This document shows, in pieces, positions 35,391 to 44,753 of a DNA stretch of 64,000 bases; within the stretch, counting starts at the first letter, position 1, and each line of letters begins with the position of its first letter. Location: the NCBI GenBank assembly GCA_003222945.1, contig QHXM01000063.1, forward strand, positions 186-64,185, written 5' to 3'. The position numbers were made by a program, and so were the translations under genes. This stretch comes from Acidobacteriota bacterium (GTDB lineage Bacteria; Acidobacteriota; Blastocatellia; Pyrinomonadales; Pyrinomonadaceae). The notes under the pieces are model-generated. The model saw only the letters and a list, made by a program, of their open reading frames with translations. It was not told where the DNA came from and made no database searches.

Positions 35391-35895
35391 CTATCAACTT
35401 CTTCAATCTAAGCTGTGTGATCTTGCGTTGCTCCTCTGCGGCGTTGCGAATCTCAATCTCGGCGTCGTTCATTAATCGCTCTTTCAGAATTGCAAGCATC
35501 TCGTATGCCGTTTTTCCTGTGGCGCAGATGATGTAGATGTAGCCGAACTTTTGCAAGTATTCTCGGTTGAGCGCGGCAAGCTCGCGGCGCACGTCTTCAT
35601 CAGCCGAGCGAGTTCCAGACTGCTCTTCCGCAGACCACTTGCCTGCTTCCTCAGCCTGCGCGCGTTCGGATTTCTTCTCGCCGATTTTGGGATGGCGACT
35701 GAAAGCCTCAAGCCAATCCTCTTCATCGAGCGCCCACCAGACGGCATCAGCCTTCTCAAACAACTCCTGAAGATTATGAGAGGGTCGCTCCTTTGCCATG
35801 CGCCGCGCCCAGAGAGTAGAGCCGCAAGCCTTCAAGAGTTCGCTTTCGGCCTCTTCTTGAGAGAGCGCGTTCAATCTTTCGAGACTCGTTTTCAA
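35350..35895 (-). CDS. uraD: 2-oxo-4-hydroxy-4-carboxy-5-ureidoimidazoline (OHCU) decarboxylase
   Basis: LNALSQEEAESELLKACGSTLWARRM...HPKIGE motifs; 181 aa; 4-nt overlap with the allantoicase gene. Confidence 0.85.
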   Translation of the reverse strand: MKTSLERLNALSQEEAESELLKACGSTLWARRMAKERPSHNLQELFEKADAVWWALDEEDWLEAFSRHPKIGEKKSERAQAEEAGKWSAEEQSGTRSADEDVRRELAALNREYLQKFGYIYIICATGKTAYEMLAILKERLMNDAEIEIRNAAEEQRKITQLRLKKLIERQNTELGTQDSE

Positions 35896-36899
35896 TCTTC
35901 GCTTCCCTTTATCGTCCCGTAGATTCGTAGGCGGGAAACTCCGCCGTCCGGGTAAATCTTAAATCGAACATGCGTGACCGCGCCCGCTGGCTTAATCTCT
36001 TCTTCATAGAAGTGGCGCGTGTGAGCTTGAAGTTTCGTTCGCGGAAGAATCTCTTTCCAAGCGAGTGACGAGATGTTTGATTCGTCAACCTTTTTATCTT
36101 CGTCGTCGCAAGCCTCTAGCGAACAGGCGTCTGGGTAGTTGCCTTTGAAGTGTGACGTATCAACTTCGATTCGCCTTATCTCTCCCTTCGCGCCGAGCTT
36201 AATCACGGACCAATCGTATCCAGGTCCGCGTCTTCGCTTCGTCTCCCAGCCATCGCTCATGTTTGCCGCGCGTCCGGGCATAATCAGATTGTGGCGATGC
36301 CCGAAGAACATATCGCTGCATGTGAGAACGAGCGCGCCGTTCTCTGCCGCAGCCAGATCAATCTCGCCTCTGCGTGAAAGAGCGCTCCAATCAGGCACGA
36401 CCTGGCCGTAAACTCTTAGCCGCGCAACGCCGCCGTCCGGGTAAATCTTAAATCGCAGGTGAGTGAAGCGCTCGTTCGCTTCAACCGCAAACGGGTTCTG
36501 CGAGTCGCCTTTAAGTTGAGAGATGGGAAGAATCTCGGTCCACTGAATCTCATCGCTCGTCAATCTCTCGACATCTGGGTTGCCTTCAATCGCGCACGCT
36601 TCAATTGAGCATTGCTCTGGATAATTGCCTCTGAAGAAACTCGTGTCGCAGACCACGCCGCGAATGATTCCGGGAAGTCCAAGACGAATAATGCACCAAT
36701 CGAAACCGGGCGTGCGGCGGCGGCGCGACTCCCAACCGTCCATCCATTTGCCGCGATCCGTGTACTTGCCCTCTATGAATATGGGCGCACTCGGCTTCAA
36801 CAGATTCTCCTTCGGCGCGAAAAAATCATCGTTCGCATAAAGCACTGCGCCGCCAAGACGCTCCGCAGCAAGATCAATCAACTCCGTAAAGTCCGTCAC
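35892..36899 (-). CDS. alc: allantoicase
   Basis: Two tandem allantoicase repeats (DGWESRRRR / DGWETKRRR; both end IYPDGGV.RLR.YG); 335 aa. Confidence 0.9.
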   Translation of the reverse strand: MTDFTELIDLAAERLGGAVLYANDDFFAPKENLLKPSAPIFIEGKYTDRGKWMDGWESRRRRTPGFDWCIIRLGLPGIIRGVVCDTSFFRGNYPEQCSIEACAIEGNPDVERLTSDEIQWTEILPISQLKGDSQNPFAVEANERFTHLRFKIYPDGGVARLRVYGQVVPDWSALSRRGEIDLAAAENGALVLTCSDMFFGHRHNLIMPGRAANMSDGWETKRRRGPGYDWSVIKLGAKGEIRRIEVDTSHFKGNYPDACSLEACDDEDKKVDESNISSLAWKEILPRTKLQAHTRHFYEEEIKPAGAVTHVRFKIYPDGGVSRLRIYGTIKGSED

Positions 36900-38266
36900 G
36901 CTTCACCTCGTCTTAACAGCATCTCGCCCGATGGCTTTTCGGAAAACTCTCCACGATCATAAATTTTGCGCCCGTGCAAGTATGTCTCTTCGATCACGCC
37001 GCTCAGAGCCCGCCCATTGTAAGGCGTCAGCTTGTGGCGATGTTGAATCATCGAAGGCTCTACGCGAAACTCCTTCTCAGGATTCCATATCACAATGTCC
37101 GCGTCGTAGCCTGCGGCAATCGCTCCCTTGCGCTTGTTTAGACCGACAAGTCTGGCGGGCGCGCGACACAACCACTCTGCCAGATGGCTCAAAGAAAATC
37201 CGCGCTCTCTCGCCAGCGTCCACATGATCGGAAGCCTTAGCTGCAAAGAGGAGATTCCGCCCCATGCTTCAAGAAAATTTCCGGTGTCCAGACACTTCAT
37301 GCCAGGAGGACAGGGGCTGTGGTCCGATACGACCATCTCAATCAATCCTTCACGGAGCGCGTGCCAGAGTTTCTCACGATTCTCGCGCTCTCTGACAGGC
37401 GGGCAGCATTTGAACTCGGTCGCGCCGTCCGCAATCTGTTCGGCTGCAAAGCATAAATAGTGCGGGCAAGTCTCAACTGTTATCTTCACTCCTTCGGCTT
37501 TCGCATTTCGCAAAGCCGGAAGCGCATCGGATGAAGAATGATGAACTATGTGAACGCGTGCGCCCGTCTCGCGGCTCAAGCGAATCATAAGCTCGACGGC
37601 TCTATCTTCAGCCTCGCGCGGGCGCGATCTCAAGAATGTGGAATACTTGCGCGGGTCCGTCTCTTTCTCTGCATCAAGCGCCTCTTCAATCGGCTCCGGC
37701 ACTTCGGCGTGTACGATGAGCACAGCGCCGATGCGCGCTAGTTCCGGCATGGCTTCTCTCAAATCACTTTCGGTCACGTTCGGAAACTCGTCAACGCCCG
37801 AATGAACAAGAAAGCATTTGAAGCCGACTACGCCAGCATCAAAAAGAGGTTGGAGCGCGGCCGCGTTTCCCGGCACGACTCCGCCCCAGAAACCAACGTC
37901 AACTGAGCATTTTCCACTGGCCGCCGCAAGTTTTTCCTTGAAATTCTCTAAGCTCGTTGTGGGCGGAATGCTGTTGAGCGGCATATCCACTACGCTCGTC
38001 ACACCGCCAGCCGCAGCCGCTCGCGTCGCAGTCTCGAAACCTTCCCACTGCGTTCTTCCAGGCTCGTTGACGTGAACATGCGTGTCAACGAGTCCGGGCA
38101 TCACTATGGAGTCCGCGCCCGCGTCAATCACTTCGCACGCGGGCGGAATCTCGTTGTAAGCCAGGACCGCGCTGATGATTCCGTCGCGTATGTGGACGGA
38201 AGCCGGAGCGACCGATTCAGGCAGAACAACCTTATGACCTCGAATGACGAAATCAGGAGAAGACAT
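36896..38266 (-). CDS. allB: allantoinase
   Basis: Amidohydrolase with GLVDTHVHVNEPGRTQWEG and downstream His/Asp ligands; 456 aa. Confidence 0.9.
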   Translation of the reverse strand: MSSPDFVIRGHKVVLPESVAPASVHIRDGIISAVLAYNEIPPACEVIDAGADSIVMPGLVDTHVHVNEPGRTQWEGFETATRAAAAGGVTSVVDMPLNSIPPTTSLENFKEKLAAASGKCSVDVGFWGGVVPGNAAALQPLFDAGVVGFKCFLVHSGVDEFPNVTESDLREAMPELARIGAVLIVHAEVPEPIEEALDAEKETDPRKYSTFLRSRPREAEDRAVELMIRLSRETGARVHIVHHSSSDALPALRNAKAEGVKITVETCPHYLCFAAEQIADGATEFKCCPPVRERENREKLWHALREGLIEMVVSDHSPCPPGMKCLDTGNFLEAWGGISSLQLRLPIMWTLARERGFSLSHLAEWLCRAPARLVGLNKRKGAIAAGYDADIVIWNPEKEFRVEPSMIQHRHKLTPYNGRALSGVIEETYLHGRKIYDRGEFSEKPSGEMLLRRGEA

Positions 38267-38270
38267 GCAA

Positions 38271-39131
38271 TCAATTCAGGCTTGTTAAGAAATCTTCCAG
38301 AACATTCTGAGCAACGCGCAGCCGGTATCGTGCGGTCGAACGAATATCATCTATCGGTGAAATCTCGCGTGCAAGTTCCAGGCGGGCTGCGCTAATTGTC
38401 TCCGCATTCACCTTGCGATTTCGTAAAACATCTTCCGTCCTCGAACATCTGATGACGGTTGGCGCAACGCTTCCCAATGCAATGCGAATCTCCTTGATCT
38501 CACTTGCATCAACTTGCGTAACAGCGGCGAAGCAGATTTTTGAGATGGCCTGCGCTTTTCGCGTTCCGACCTTGCGATAGTAATGAAGCAAAGGTTTGCT
38601 GACGCGTGGCAGATGAATGCTTTTAATCAACTCATCTTCACGCATACGCATCTGTTTGTAGCCCGTGTGAAAGCCGTTGTATGGAACGAAGCGCGAGCCT
38701 TGTGTGGAGACAAGCTCAAGCTCTGCGTCGTAAACGAGCAGCGCTGGAGGCGAATCGCCCGCAGGCGAAGCGTTTGCGATATTGCCTCCGAGCGTGCCGC
38801 GATTCTGAATCGCAAGCCCGCCCGTTTCAGATGCAGCCTGGCAGAGCATTGGAAACTCTTGTTGCAGAACTTCGTTTGCTTGAACATCCGTGTAAGTCGT
38901 CAATGCGCCGAGCGTGACAAACTCAGGCGTGACTTCGATTCCGCGCAACTCCGGCAAGTTCCAGATGTTGACGAACTTTTTGTGCAAGAGTTTTCCGGCC
39001 TCGAATAGGACCATCAAATCCGTCCCGCCCGCAAACGGCTTCCACACGCCCGGCTCATCCGACAGAAGAGTTAAAGCTTCGGTCAGACTCGCAGCAGGTT
39101 TTAGTTCGTACTCTGGAAGATAAGCTCTCAT
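38271..39131 (-). CDS. xanthine dehydrogenase family FAD-binding subunit
   Basis: FAGGTDLMV FAD-binding motif and CO-dehydrogenase flavoprotein C-terminal-like tail; 286 aa. Confidence 0.85.
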   Translation of the reverse strand: MRAYLPEYELKPAASLTEALTLLSDEPGVWKPFAGGTDLMVLFEAGKLLHKKFVNIWNLPELRGIEVTPEFVTLGALTTYTDVQANEVLQQEFPMLCQAASETGGLAIQNRGTLGGNIANASPAGDSPPALLVYDAELELVSTQGSRFVPYNGFHTGYKQMRMREDELIKSIHLPRVSKPLLHYYRKVGTRKAQAISKICFAAVTQVDASEIKEIRIALGSVAPTVIRCSRTEDVLRNRKVNAETISAARLELAREISPIDDIRSTARYRLRVAQNVLEDFLTSLN

Positions 39132-39242
39132 AAAAGGCAGAATACAGAATTCAGGAGTCAGGAGTCAGAATAAAAGAGAAACAGAATGGCTCTCGGCCTT
39201 ATCATTCTGGATTCTGAATTCTGGCTTCTGAATTCTGCTTTT
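39132..39242. repeat. CAGAAT-type palindromic element inside the xdh operon
   Basis: AAAAGGCAGAATACAGAATTCAGGAGTCAGGAGTCAGAATAAAAGAG...GGCCTTATCATTCTGGATTCTGAATTCTGGCTTCTGAATTCTGCTTTT. Starts at the base next to the FAD-subunit ATG and contains the last 13 codons plus the stop of the 2Fe-2S subunit. Confidence 0.8.
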
Positions 39243-39717
39243 GGCACGCTCTAACGACTGCTTCAAAAATCTTCATGTAGCCAGTGCAACGACAAAGATT
39301 ACCTGCGAGTCCTGTCCGAATGTCCGCTTCACTTGGATTTGGTGTTCTTTCCAGAAGATTAACGGCAGCGATGACCATGCCGGGCGTGCAGATGCCGCAT
39401 TGCGCGCCGCCGCAGGCGATGAAGGCTTCCTGGACCGCATGAAGCTGTTCGCCGCTCGCTATGCCTTCGATGGTTTTGATCTCCGCTCCTTCAGCTTGAA
39501 GGACCGGAACAAGACAACTGTTGACGAGGACGTTATCAATCAGGACAGAACACGCGCCGCATTCGCCTTCGCCGCAACCTTCCTTTGTGCCCGTCAATCG
39601 CAACTCTTCGCGCAGCACGTCGAGCAAGCGCGCCATTGGATAGACTTGAAGCGTGCGCGCTTCGCCGTTAACTTTGCAGTTGATTTCGACTTTGCGTGAA
39701 GCGTCAGCCACTTTCAC
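39202..39717 (-). CDS. xanthine dehydrogenase family 2Fe-2S subunit
   Basis: [11 protein letters not shown] and CGICTPG cluster motifs; 171 aa. Confidence 0.9.
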   Translation of the reverse strand: MKVADASRKVEINCKVNGEARTLQVYPMARLLDVLREELRLTGTKEGCGEGECGACSVLIDNVLVNSCLVPVLQAEGAEIKTIEGIASGEQLHAVQEAFIACGGAQCGICTPGMVIAAVNLLERTPNPSEADIRTGLAGNLCRCTGYMKIFEAVVRACQKQNSEARIQNPE

Positions 39718-41710
39718 CTCCCAAAGCTTCTATCAAAGATTCGGGCATGAGCGGAATGTGATTGATGCTCGCTCCGGTCGCGTTCTCAATCGCATTCAGG
39801 ATTGCGGGCGCTGCGCCGTCCATCGGCAATTCTCCGATTCCTTTCGCTCCTGCTGGACCGTAAGCGTAAGGGTTCTCTTCAAAGAAGACGCGGATGGGCG
39901 GAATGTCCGCTGCGGTCGGGATGATGTAGTTGGTCATCTGATTGTTAATCATGCGCCCATCCTTCCAGACCACATTCTCGAAGAGAGTGTAACCAATGGC
40001 CTGCGCAACACCACCTTCAATCTGGCCTGCTGCGAGAATTGGATGAATGACTTTCCCAACTTCCTGCACGGCTACGAAATCGTCAACGCGCGCTTCGTAG
40101 GTCACAGTGTCAATCGTAACCTCAGCAACATAGACAGCCCATGCGTAAGCGCCGTAAGCGTCGCCCTCGTACTTTTCATCATCCCAGTTTATTCCGGGCG
40201 GCGCTTTGTACTTGCTGTAGGATTTGAGCGCGCCGTGCTGTTCGATGTAACTCCGGCAAGCCTGTCGGAAATCTTCCTGCGTGTAATTCTCTTTAAGTAA
40301 TCCGCTGCCGGAAAGCGTCTGCTTCAATCCAAGCACAGCGGATTCGACTAGCTTTCCGACGATCATGCAGGTGCGCGATGCCACAGTTGGTCCGCTATTG
40401 GGAACTGCTCCTGTGTCAGGCTTTGCGACTTCGATTGAATCGTAATCAAGTCGCAGAGCTTCGGCAGCAATCTGCGCGAAGATTGTATTAGTGCCCTGCC
40501 CTATCTCAGTGCTTGCTGCAAGAATTCTCACGCGCCCATCGGCAGTCGCTTCCGCGCCGACCACAGATTCCAGATACTTTTCGCCAGAGCCTGTGAAGCC
40601 CGCGCCGTGCATGAAGGAGGCGAAGCCCATGCCCTTTTTCTGGCGTGATGTTTTATTAGACTCCGCGAATCGTTCCTCTCCATGCGGTGGAGCATTTGTA
40701 GCAACTGCGCGGCTCTTGATGCGAACGTTAGGACAGGAATATGGTCCTGCAGCGTGAATCGTTCCGCGCGAGAGGACTACGGCAGAAAGAGTTGCGTAAG
40801 CTCCGCCGTCAATCACGAAATCTATCTCCATGCCGAGAAGTTTTCCGTCGCGCGAGACAGCCGTGCGATGCTTCGTCCATGAAGGATGGCGCTTGGTCGT
40901 TGATGCCATATCTTCGGCGCGGTCGTAAACAATCTTCACGGGGCGGCCAGACTTCCATGAGAGCAGCGCGGCGTGGCCTGCAATCATAGAAGGATACTCT
41001 TCCTTGCCGCCAAAACCTCCGCCGGTTTCAACCTGCACGACGCGAATTTTGTCTTCAGGCAATCCGAACAGTTTCAGAAGCGCCTTATGAACATAATATG
41101 GGCACTGCATAGAACCCCACACGGTCACGCCGTCCTCTGGACTCGCAATCGCAATCACTCCGTTGTTCTCTATGTAAAGCTGCTCCTGCGCGCCCGTCTC
41201 GTACTCGCCTTCGATGATGAAATCCGCGCTCTGCCAAACTTCGTCAACGTTTCCTTTCTCAACCTTGTAAGACTTGAAGAGATTATCTTCGCCCCAGATT
41301 ATCTCTTTCCTGTTCAAAGAATCTTCGAGCGTGAAGATTGCTGGCAGCGGTTCGATTTCAAGTTGAACGTTGCGGCGCGCTTCTTCAAGCAGGTGTTTGT
41401 CTGGATGAGCGAGAAGCAGGATAGGTTCTTCCGGGTGATTGATGAACTCATCTGCAAGATAAGGTTGATCGAGCAGGATTAGCGCGACGCAGTTTTCTCC
41501 GGGAATGTCTTTGGCTGTGACGATTGTGAACTCATCCCAGGGAATATTACCTTCAAACGAAATCTTCTTTATTCGTCCGCGCGCGACCGCACTGCGAACA
41601 GTCGCGCCGTAGAGCATTTCTGGAAAGATAAGGTCGTCAACATAGCGCGCCTGTCCTGTGACCTTATCGCGTCCCTCTTTTCGCGGCACAGGCCGCCCGA
41701 TGGTTTGCAT
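39704..41710 (-). CDS. xanthine dehydrogenase family molybdopterin-binding subunit, apparently carrying an in-frame internal deletion
   Basis: Aldehyde oxidase/XDH a/b-hammerhead and Mo-pterin domains are present (GGGFGGKE, QIEGG). At 668 aa it is about 80-100 aa shorter than usual, and ...ATNAPPHG is followed directly by EERFAESNK..KKGMGFA, so the conserved (A/T)FRGFG.PQ segment is absent (junction near 40678). Confidence 0.8.
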   Translation of the reverse strand: MQTIGRPVPRKEGRDKVTGQARYVDDLIFPEMLYGATVRSAVARGRIKKISFEGNIPWDEFTIVTAKDIPGENCVALILLDQPYLADEFINHPEEPILLLAHPDKHLLEEARRNVQLEIEPLPAIFTLEDSLNRKEIIWGEDNLFKSYKVEKGNVDEVWQSADFIIEGEYETGAQEQLYIENNGVIAIASPEDGVTVWGSMQCPYYVHKALLKLFGLPEDKIRVVQVETGGGFGGKEEYPSMIAGHAALLSWKSGRPVKIVYDRAEDMASTTKRHPSWTKHRTAVSRDGKLLGMEIDFVIDGGAYATLSAVVLSRGTIHAAGPYSCPNVRIKSRAVATNAPPHGEERFAESNKTSRQKKGMGFASFMHGAGFTGSGEKYLESVVGAEATADGRVRILAASTEIGQGTNTIFAQIAAEALRLDYDSIEVAKPDTGAVPNSGPTVASRTCMIVGKLVESAVLGLKQTLSGSGLLKENYTQEDFRQACRSYIEQHGALKSYSKYKAPPGINWDDEKYEGDAYGAYAWAVYVAEVTIDTVTYEARVDDFVAVQEVGKVIHPILAAGQIEGGVAQAIGYTLFENVVWKDGRMINNQMTNYIIPTAADIPPIRVFFEENPYAYGPAGAKGIGELPMDGAAPAILNAIENATGASINHIPLMPESLIEALGGESG

Positions 41711-41724
41711 TTTCAGCTTTACCT

Positions 41725-42228
41725 TTAACCGACGAATGAGCGTGCGATGCGCGCCGTTATGGGATCATACTTTGCGCTCTCCGACTCGTCATATTCGATC
41801 ATGAAAGTCTTAAACGTATCGCCCTTCAACATTGTCTTCTCGTAAAAGATTTTTCCGTTCTGTCGGCCTGAAACAACATAGAAATTTCCCTTCAATGCTT
41901 TGTAGGTCACATCCTTTCCCTCTTGCGCGGCGTTGAAGGCGCTTTGCAGAGTCTCGTCCTGTACGTTGTAGCGACCGAAGACGCGCATCTCCGCATGGCG
42001 GTCGCGTGAGCGGAAGATTTGGCCGTCGCTGTTCGTTGATTCACCTTGCGGGATGAGTATTCCGGCGGGGTAAGAGACGGAATATTGAAAGCGCACGTTG
42101 GTGTATGTTCGATAGGTGACGCGCTGAATGTGTGGTGTCGCATTGGGCTGAGAGAAATATCGCCCCGGCAGATTGTTCGAGCCGCACAGCAAAAGGCTTA
42201 AGGTTATTGAAAGAATCAGATGGACCAT
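41725..42228 (-). CDS. hypothetical lipoprotein (167 aa) at the head of the purine operon
   Basis: Signal peptide with LLLCGS lipobox-like site. No family recognised. Confidence 0.5.
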   Translation of the reverse strand: MVHLILSITLSLLLCGSNNLPGRYFSQPNATPHIQRVTYRTYTNVRFQYSVSYPAGILIPQGESTNSDGQIFRSRDRHAEMRVFGRYNVQDETLQSAFNAAQEGKDVTYKALKGNFYVVSGRQNGKIFYEKTMLKGDTFKTFMIEYDESESAKYDPITARIARSFVG

Positions 42229-42502
42229 AAAAAATTTACTCCAGCTTGTTTAGTAATAGAGCACCGGCTTTCTTGAACGATACTTTACAACGTCTTCGGC
42301 TCACTCACCAAAACTTCCCGCGCTCAAGCGCAAGCAATCCGACTGATTTTCTTGTTGCTCCATTTTTTAGCGCGACAATTTATCTCAATCTGGCGCTCAC
42401 AGTCGAACGCGGATAGAATGCCTCTCGATTGCGGAATGCGGAGTGAAAAACAGAACGTTGTCATCGTTAATCCGAAATTGAAAGGCGCGGCCAATTACAC
42501 TC

Positions 42503-43006
42503 GTGAAGAAAAAGAGAGCATCTCAACAGACGCACCGCGACAGATGGATTCTGTTAATAGCCATCTTCAAGCTGTTCAAAGCGGCGTTGCTGCTCGCGGC
42601 AGGAATCGGCGTCCTGTCGCTGCTACACAAGGACGTTGCCACTACGCTGATGAATTTTCTGAGCGTGCTTCACGTTGACCACAACAATCATTACATTCAC
42701 GGAATGATTGTGAAGCTTGGCCTCATGAGCGACCGAAAGCTTGAGGCGCTGAGCGTGGGAAGCTTTTTCTACGCTGCGATGTTGGGAACTGAAGGCGTCG
42801 GTCTGCTGCTTAAAAAGCATTGGGCTGAGTATTTTACTATCATAGCAACCGCTTCCTTCATCCCGCTCGAAATCTACGAGCTTATAAAAAATTTCGGCAT
42901 TGGCAAGGTCATCGTACTCATCATCAACGTTGCGGTGGTCGTCTATCTAATCTACAGAATCAAATTCGACCCGAAGCACAAGCTACAACATAAACACGCT
43001 CAATAA
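42503..43006 (+). CDS. DUF2127-like membrane protein
   Basis: GTG start; 4 TM; FFYAAMLGTEGVGLLLKKHWAEYFT.I....FIPLEIYEL matches my recollection of DUF2127. Confidence 0.6.
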   Translation: MKKKRASQQTHRDRWILLIAIFKLFKAALLLAAGIGVLSLLHKDVATTLMNFLSVLHVDHNNHYIHGMIVKLGLMSDRKLEALSVGSFFYAAMLGTEGVGLLLKKHWAEYFTIIATASFIPLEIYELIKNFGIGKVIVLIINVAVVVYLIYRIKFDPKHKLQHKHAQ

Positions 43007-44634
43007 GACTCTCTCAACTCCAGCGGTTGAAAGCGACGTATATAGTTTCGATACTCGCTCGCTTCATGCGCCGCGCGAGTCTCATCCCAGCCGAGATATT
43101 TTCGCGCTATTCGTGCGGCAGCTTCGACTGCATCCAGACCCGCAGCGGCGTCCAATCCAACAAGCGTCCGGCGCATTAGACAATCAGTGAGGGTCACAGC
43201 TAGCTCGCTCTCGAATGAGAAGAGAATCTCTGCGCCGATTGCTCCGGTCAAACGACTGAATGGTGAAAGCAACTCCCGGTCTTTGTAAGCAAGATTGATT
43301 ACTTCTCTTGCGCGCGTTCCGTAGATGCGTAAGAGACGAGAGGCTGCGGGTTCGTGTAGATTGTTCTCGACTTTGAATTGCTCGCTAAAGGCTGCGAAGT
43401 TTTCCGTCTTCGCGCCCGGAAGTTTCTCTTCAGCGGTCCGGCATTTCGTTGCTCTTCTCTTCAGCTTGTTGAAGATCAGATTTACTGCCTGCTCCGAGAG
43501 ATTTCTGTATGTAGTCAGCTTCCCGCCTATGATTGATATGAAGCCTTTGAGCGCGGGCGCGTGGTCATGTATGAAGTGTCGCCGCGTGATGCTCGCAGGA
43601 GGATCATGGTCCGAAACAAAGGGCAGAGGTCTTATGCCTGAGTAAGTATAGAGGATTGACGCGCGGTCTAGAGCCGCGGACGGAATCACGCGGTTCGTTT
43701 CGCGCAGGAGATAAGCAATCTCGTGCGCGCTCGCTTCGATGCAATCAAGTTCATCGTTGTACGCGATGTCGGTCGTCCCTATCAGATAGAGATTGTTCCA
43801 GGGGATTATGAAGAAAGGTCTCCCGTCCTCTGCGGCTTCCGTGTAGAGAGCATTGGATGGCGCGCCTGAGAATTTCTCAACAATAATGTGGCTTCCCTTT
43901 GTTCCGCCGATCAAGCGAGGAGTGTAACGCTTCATTCGGCCCAAGAGATCGTCAACCCAGGGGCCAGATGCGTTCACGACAATCTGCGCGCGTGCAGTGT
44001 GAACTCTCTTTGCGATAAGGTCTGTGAACTCTATGCCTCGCAGGCTGTCGTCATCGACGATGAATCTATCAACGCGCGCGTAAGTCAAAGCTTGCGCGCC
44101 ATGCTCTATGGCCGAAAGGACATTTTCAAGCACGAGCCGCTCGGCGTATTCCACTTGAGCGTCCCGGTAAAGAGCAGCGCCCCGCAATCCTTCTCTGTTG
44201 AGACCGGGCGCGAGACGAACCGCCTCTTCACGCGAGAGCATTCTGTGTAAGCTTAGAGATTTATCGAACGAGAGAAGGTCATAAAGGATCATGCCCGCTC
44301 TGATTGTGAACGGCCCGCGCCTGTTCTGTTTGTAGATTGGAATCAAAAGAGGCAAGGGCTTGACCAGATGTGGCGCGATGTGTAGCAGTCGCTCGCGTTC
44401 TCTTAAAGATTCACGAACTAAACCAATCTCACCGTGTTCAAGATAACGCAGCCCGCCATGAATCAGTCGCGTTGACCAACTGGATGTGCCGCTTGCTATG
44501 TCGCCTTTATCCAGCAAGAGAACTTTCAGCCCCCGCATCGCAGCGTCGCGCGCAATGCCAGCGCCATTGATACCTGCGCCGATGATGATTACGTCGAAGG
44601 TTTTATCTTTTATGTCGGATGGAATAGCTCGCAC
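43000..44634 (-). CDS. glpD: FAD-dependent glycerol-3-phosphate dehydrogenase
   Basis: GTG start; DVIIIGAGINGAGIARDAAMRGLKVLLLDKGD dinucleotide fold; 544 aa; sits downstream of glpK. Confidence 0.9.
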   Translation of the reverse strand: MRAIPSDIKDKTFDVIIIGAGINGAGIARDAAMRGLKVLLLDKGDIASGTSSWSTRLIHGGLRYLEHGEIGLVRESLRERERLLHIAPHLVKPLPLLIPIYKQNRRGPFTIRAGMILYDLLSFDKSLSLHRMLSREEAVRLAPGLNREGLRGAALYRDAQVEYAERLVLENVLSAIEHGAQALTYARVDRFIVDDDSLRGIEFTDLIAKRVHTARAQIVVNASGPWVDDLLGRMKRYTPRLIGGTKGSHIIVEKFSGAPSNALYTEAAEDGRPFFIIPWNNLYLIGTTDIAYNDELDCIEASAHEIAYLLRETNRVIPSAALDRASILYTYSGIRPLPFVSDHDPPASITRRHFIHDHAPALKGFISIIGGKLTTYRNLSEQAVNLIFNKLKRRATKCRTAEEKLPGAKTENFAAFSEQFKVENNLHEPAASRLLRIYGTRAREVINLAYKDRELLSPFSRLTGAIGAEILFSFESELAVTLTDCLMRRTLVGLDAAAGLDAVEAAARIARKYLGWDETRAAHEASEYRNYIRRFQPLELRESY

Positions 44635-44640
44635 TTTGTT

Positions 44641-44753
44641 AAAAGCAGAATTCAGGAGTCAGAATCCAGAATTCAGAATAAAAGAAAAACAAAGAACGGC
44701 TCTGCGGCCTTATCATTCTGAATTCTGACTCCTGAATTCTGTATTCTGCTTTT
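44641..44753. repeat. CAGAAT-type palindromic element (glpK-glpD spacer)
   Basis: AAAAGCAGAATTCAGGAGTCAGAATCCAGAATTCAGAATAAAAG...GGCCTTATCATTCTGAATTCTGACTCCTGAATTCTGTATTCTGCTTTT. Its last T is the first base of the complement of the glpK stop codon. Confidence 0.85.

Noticed and set aside
42352-42678. 108-aa ORF upstream of and overlapping the DUF2127 gene
   Set aside because: It has no RBS and no motif, it contains a degenerate half-copy of the GAATGCGG element, and it overlaps the better-supported membrane-protein ORF that starts at GTG 42503.
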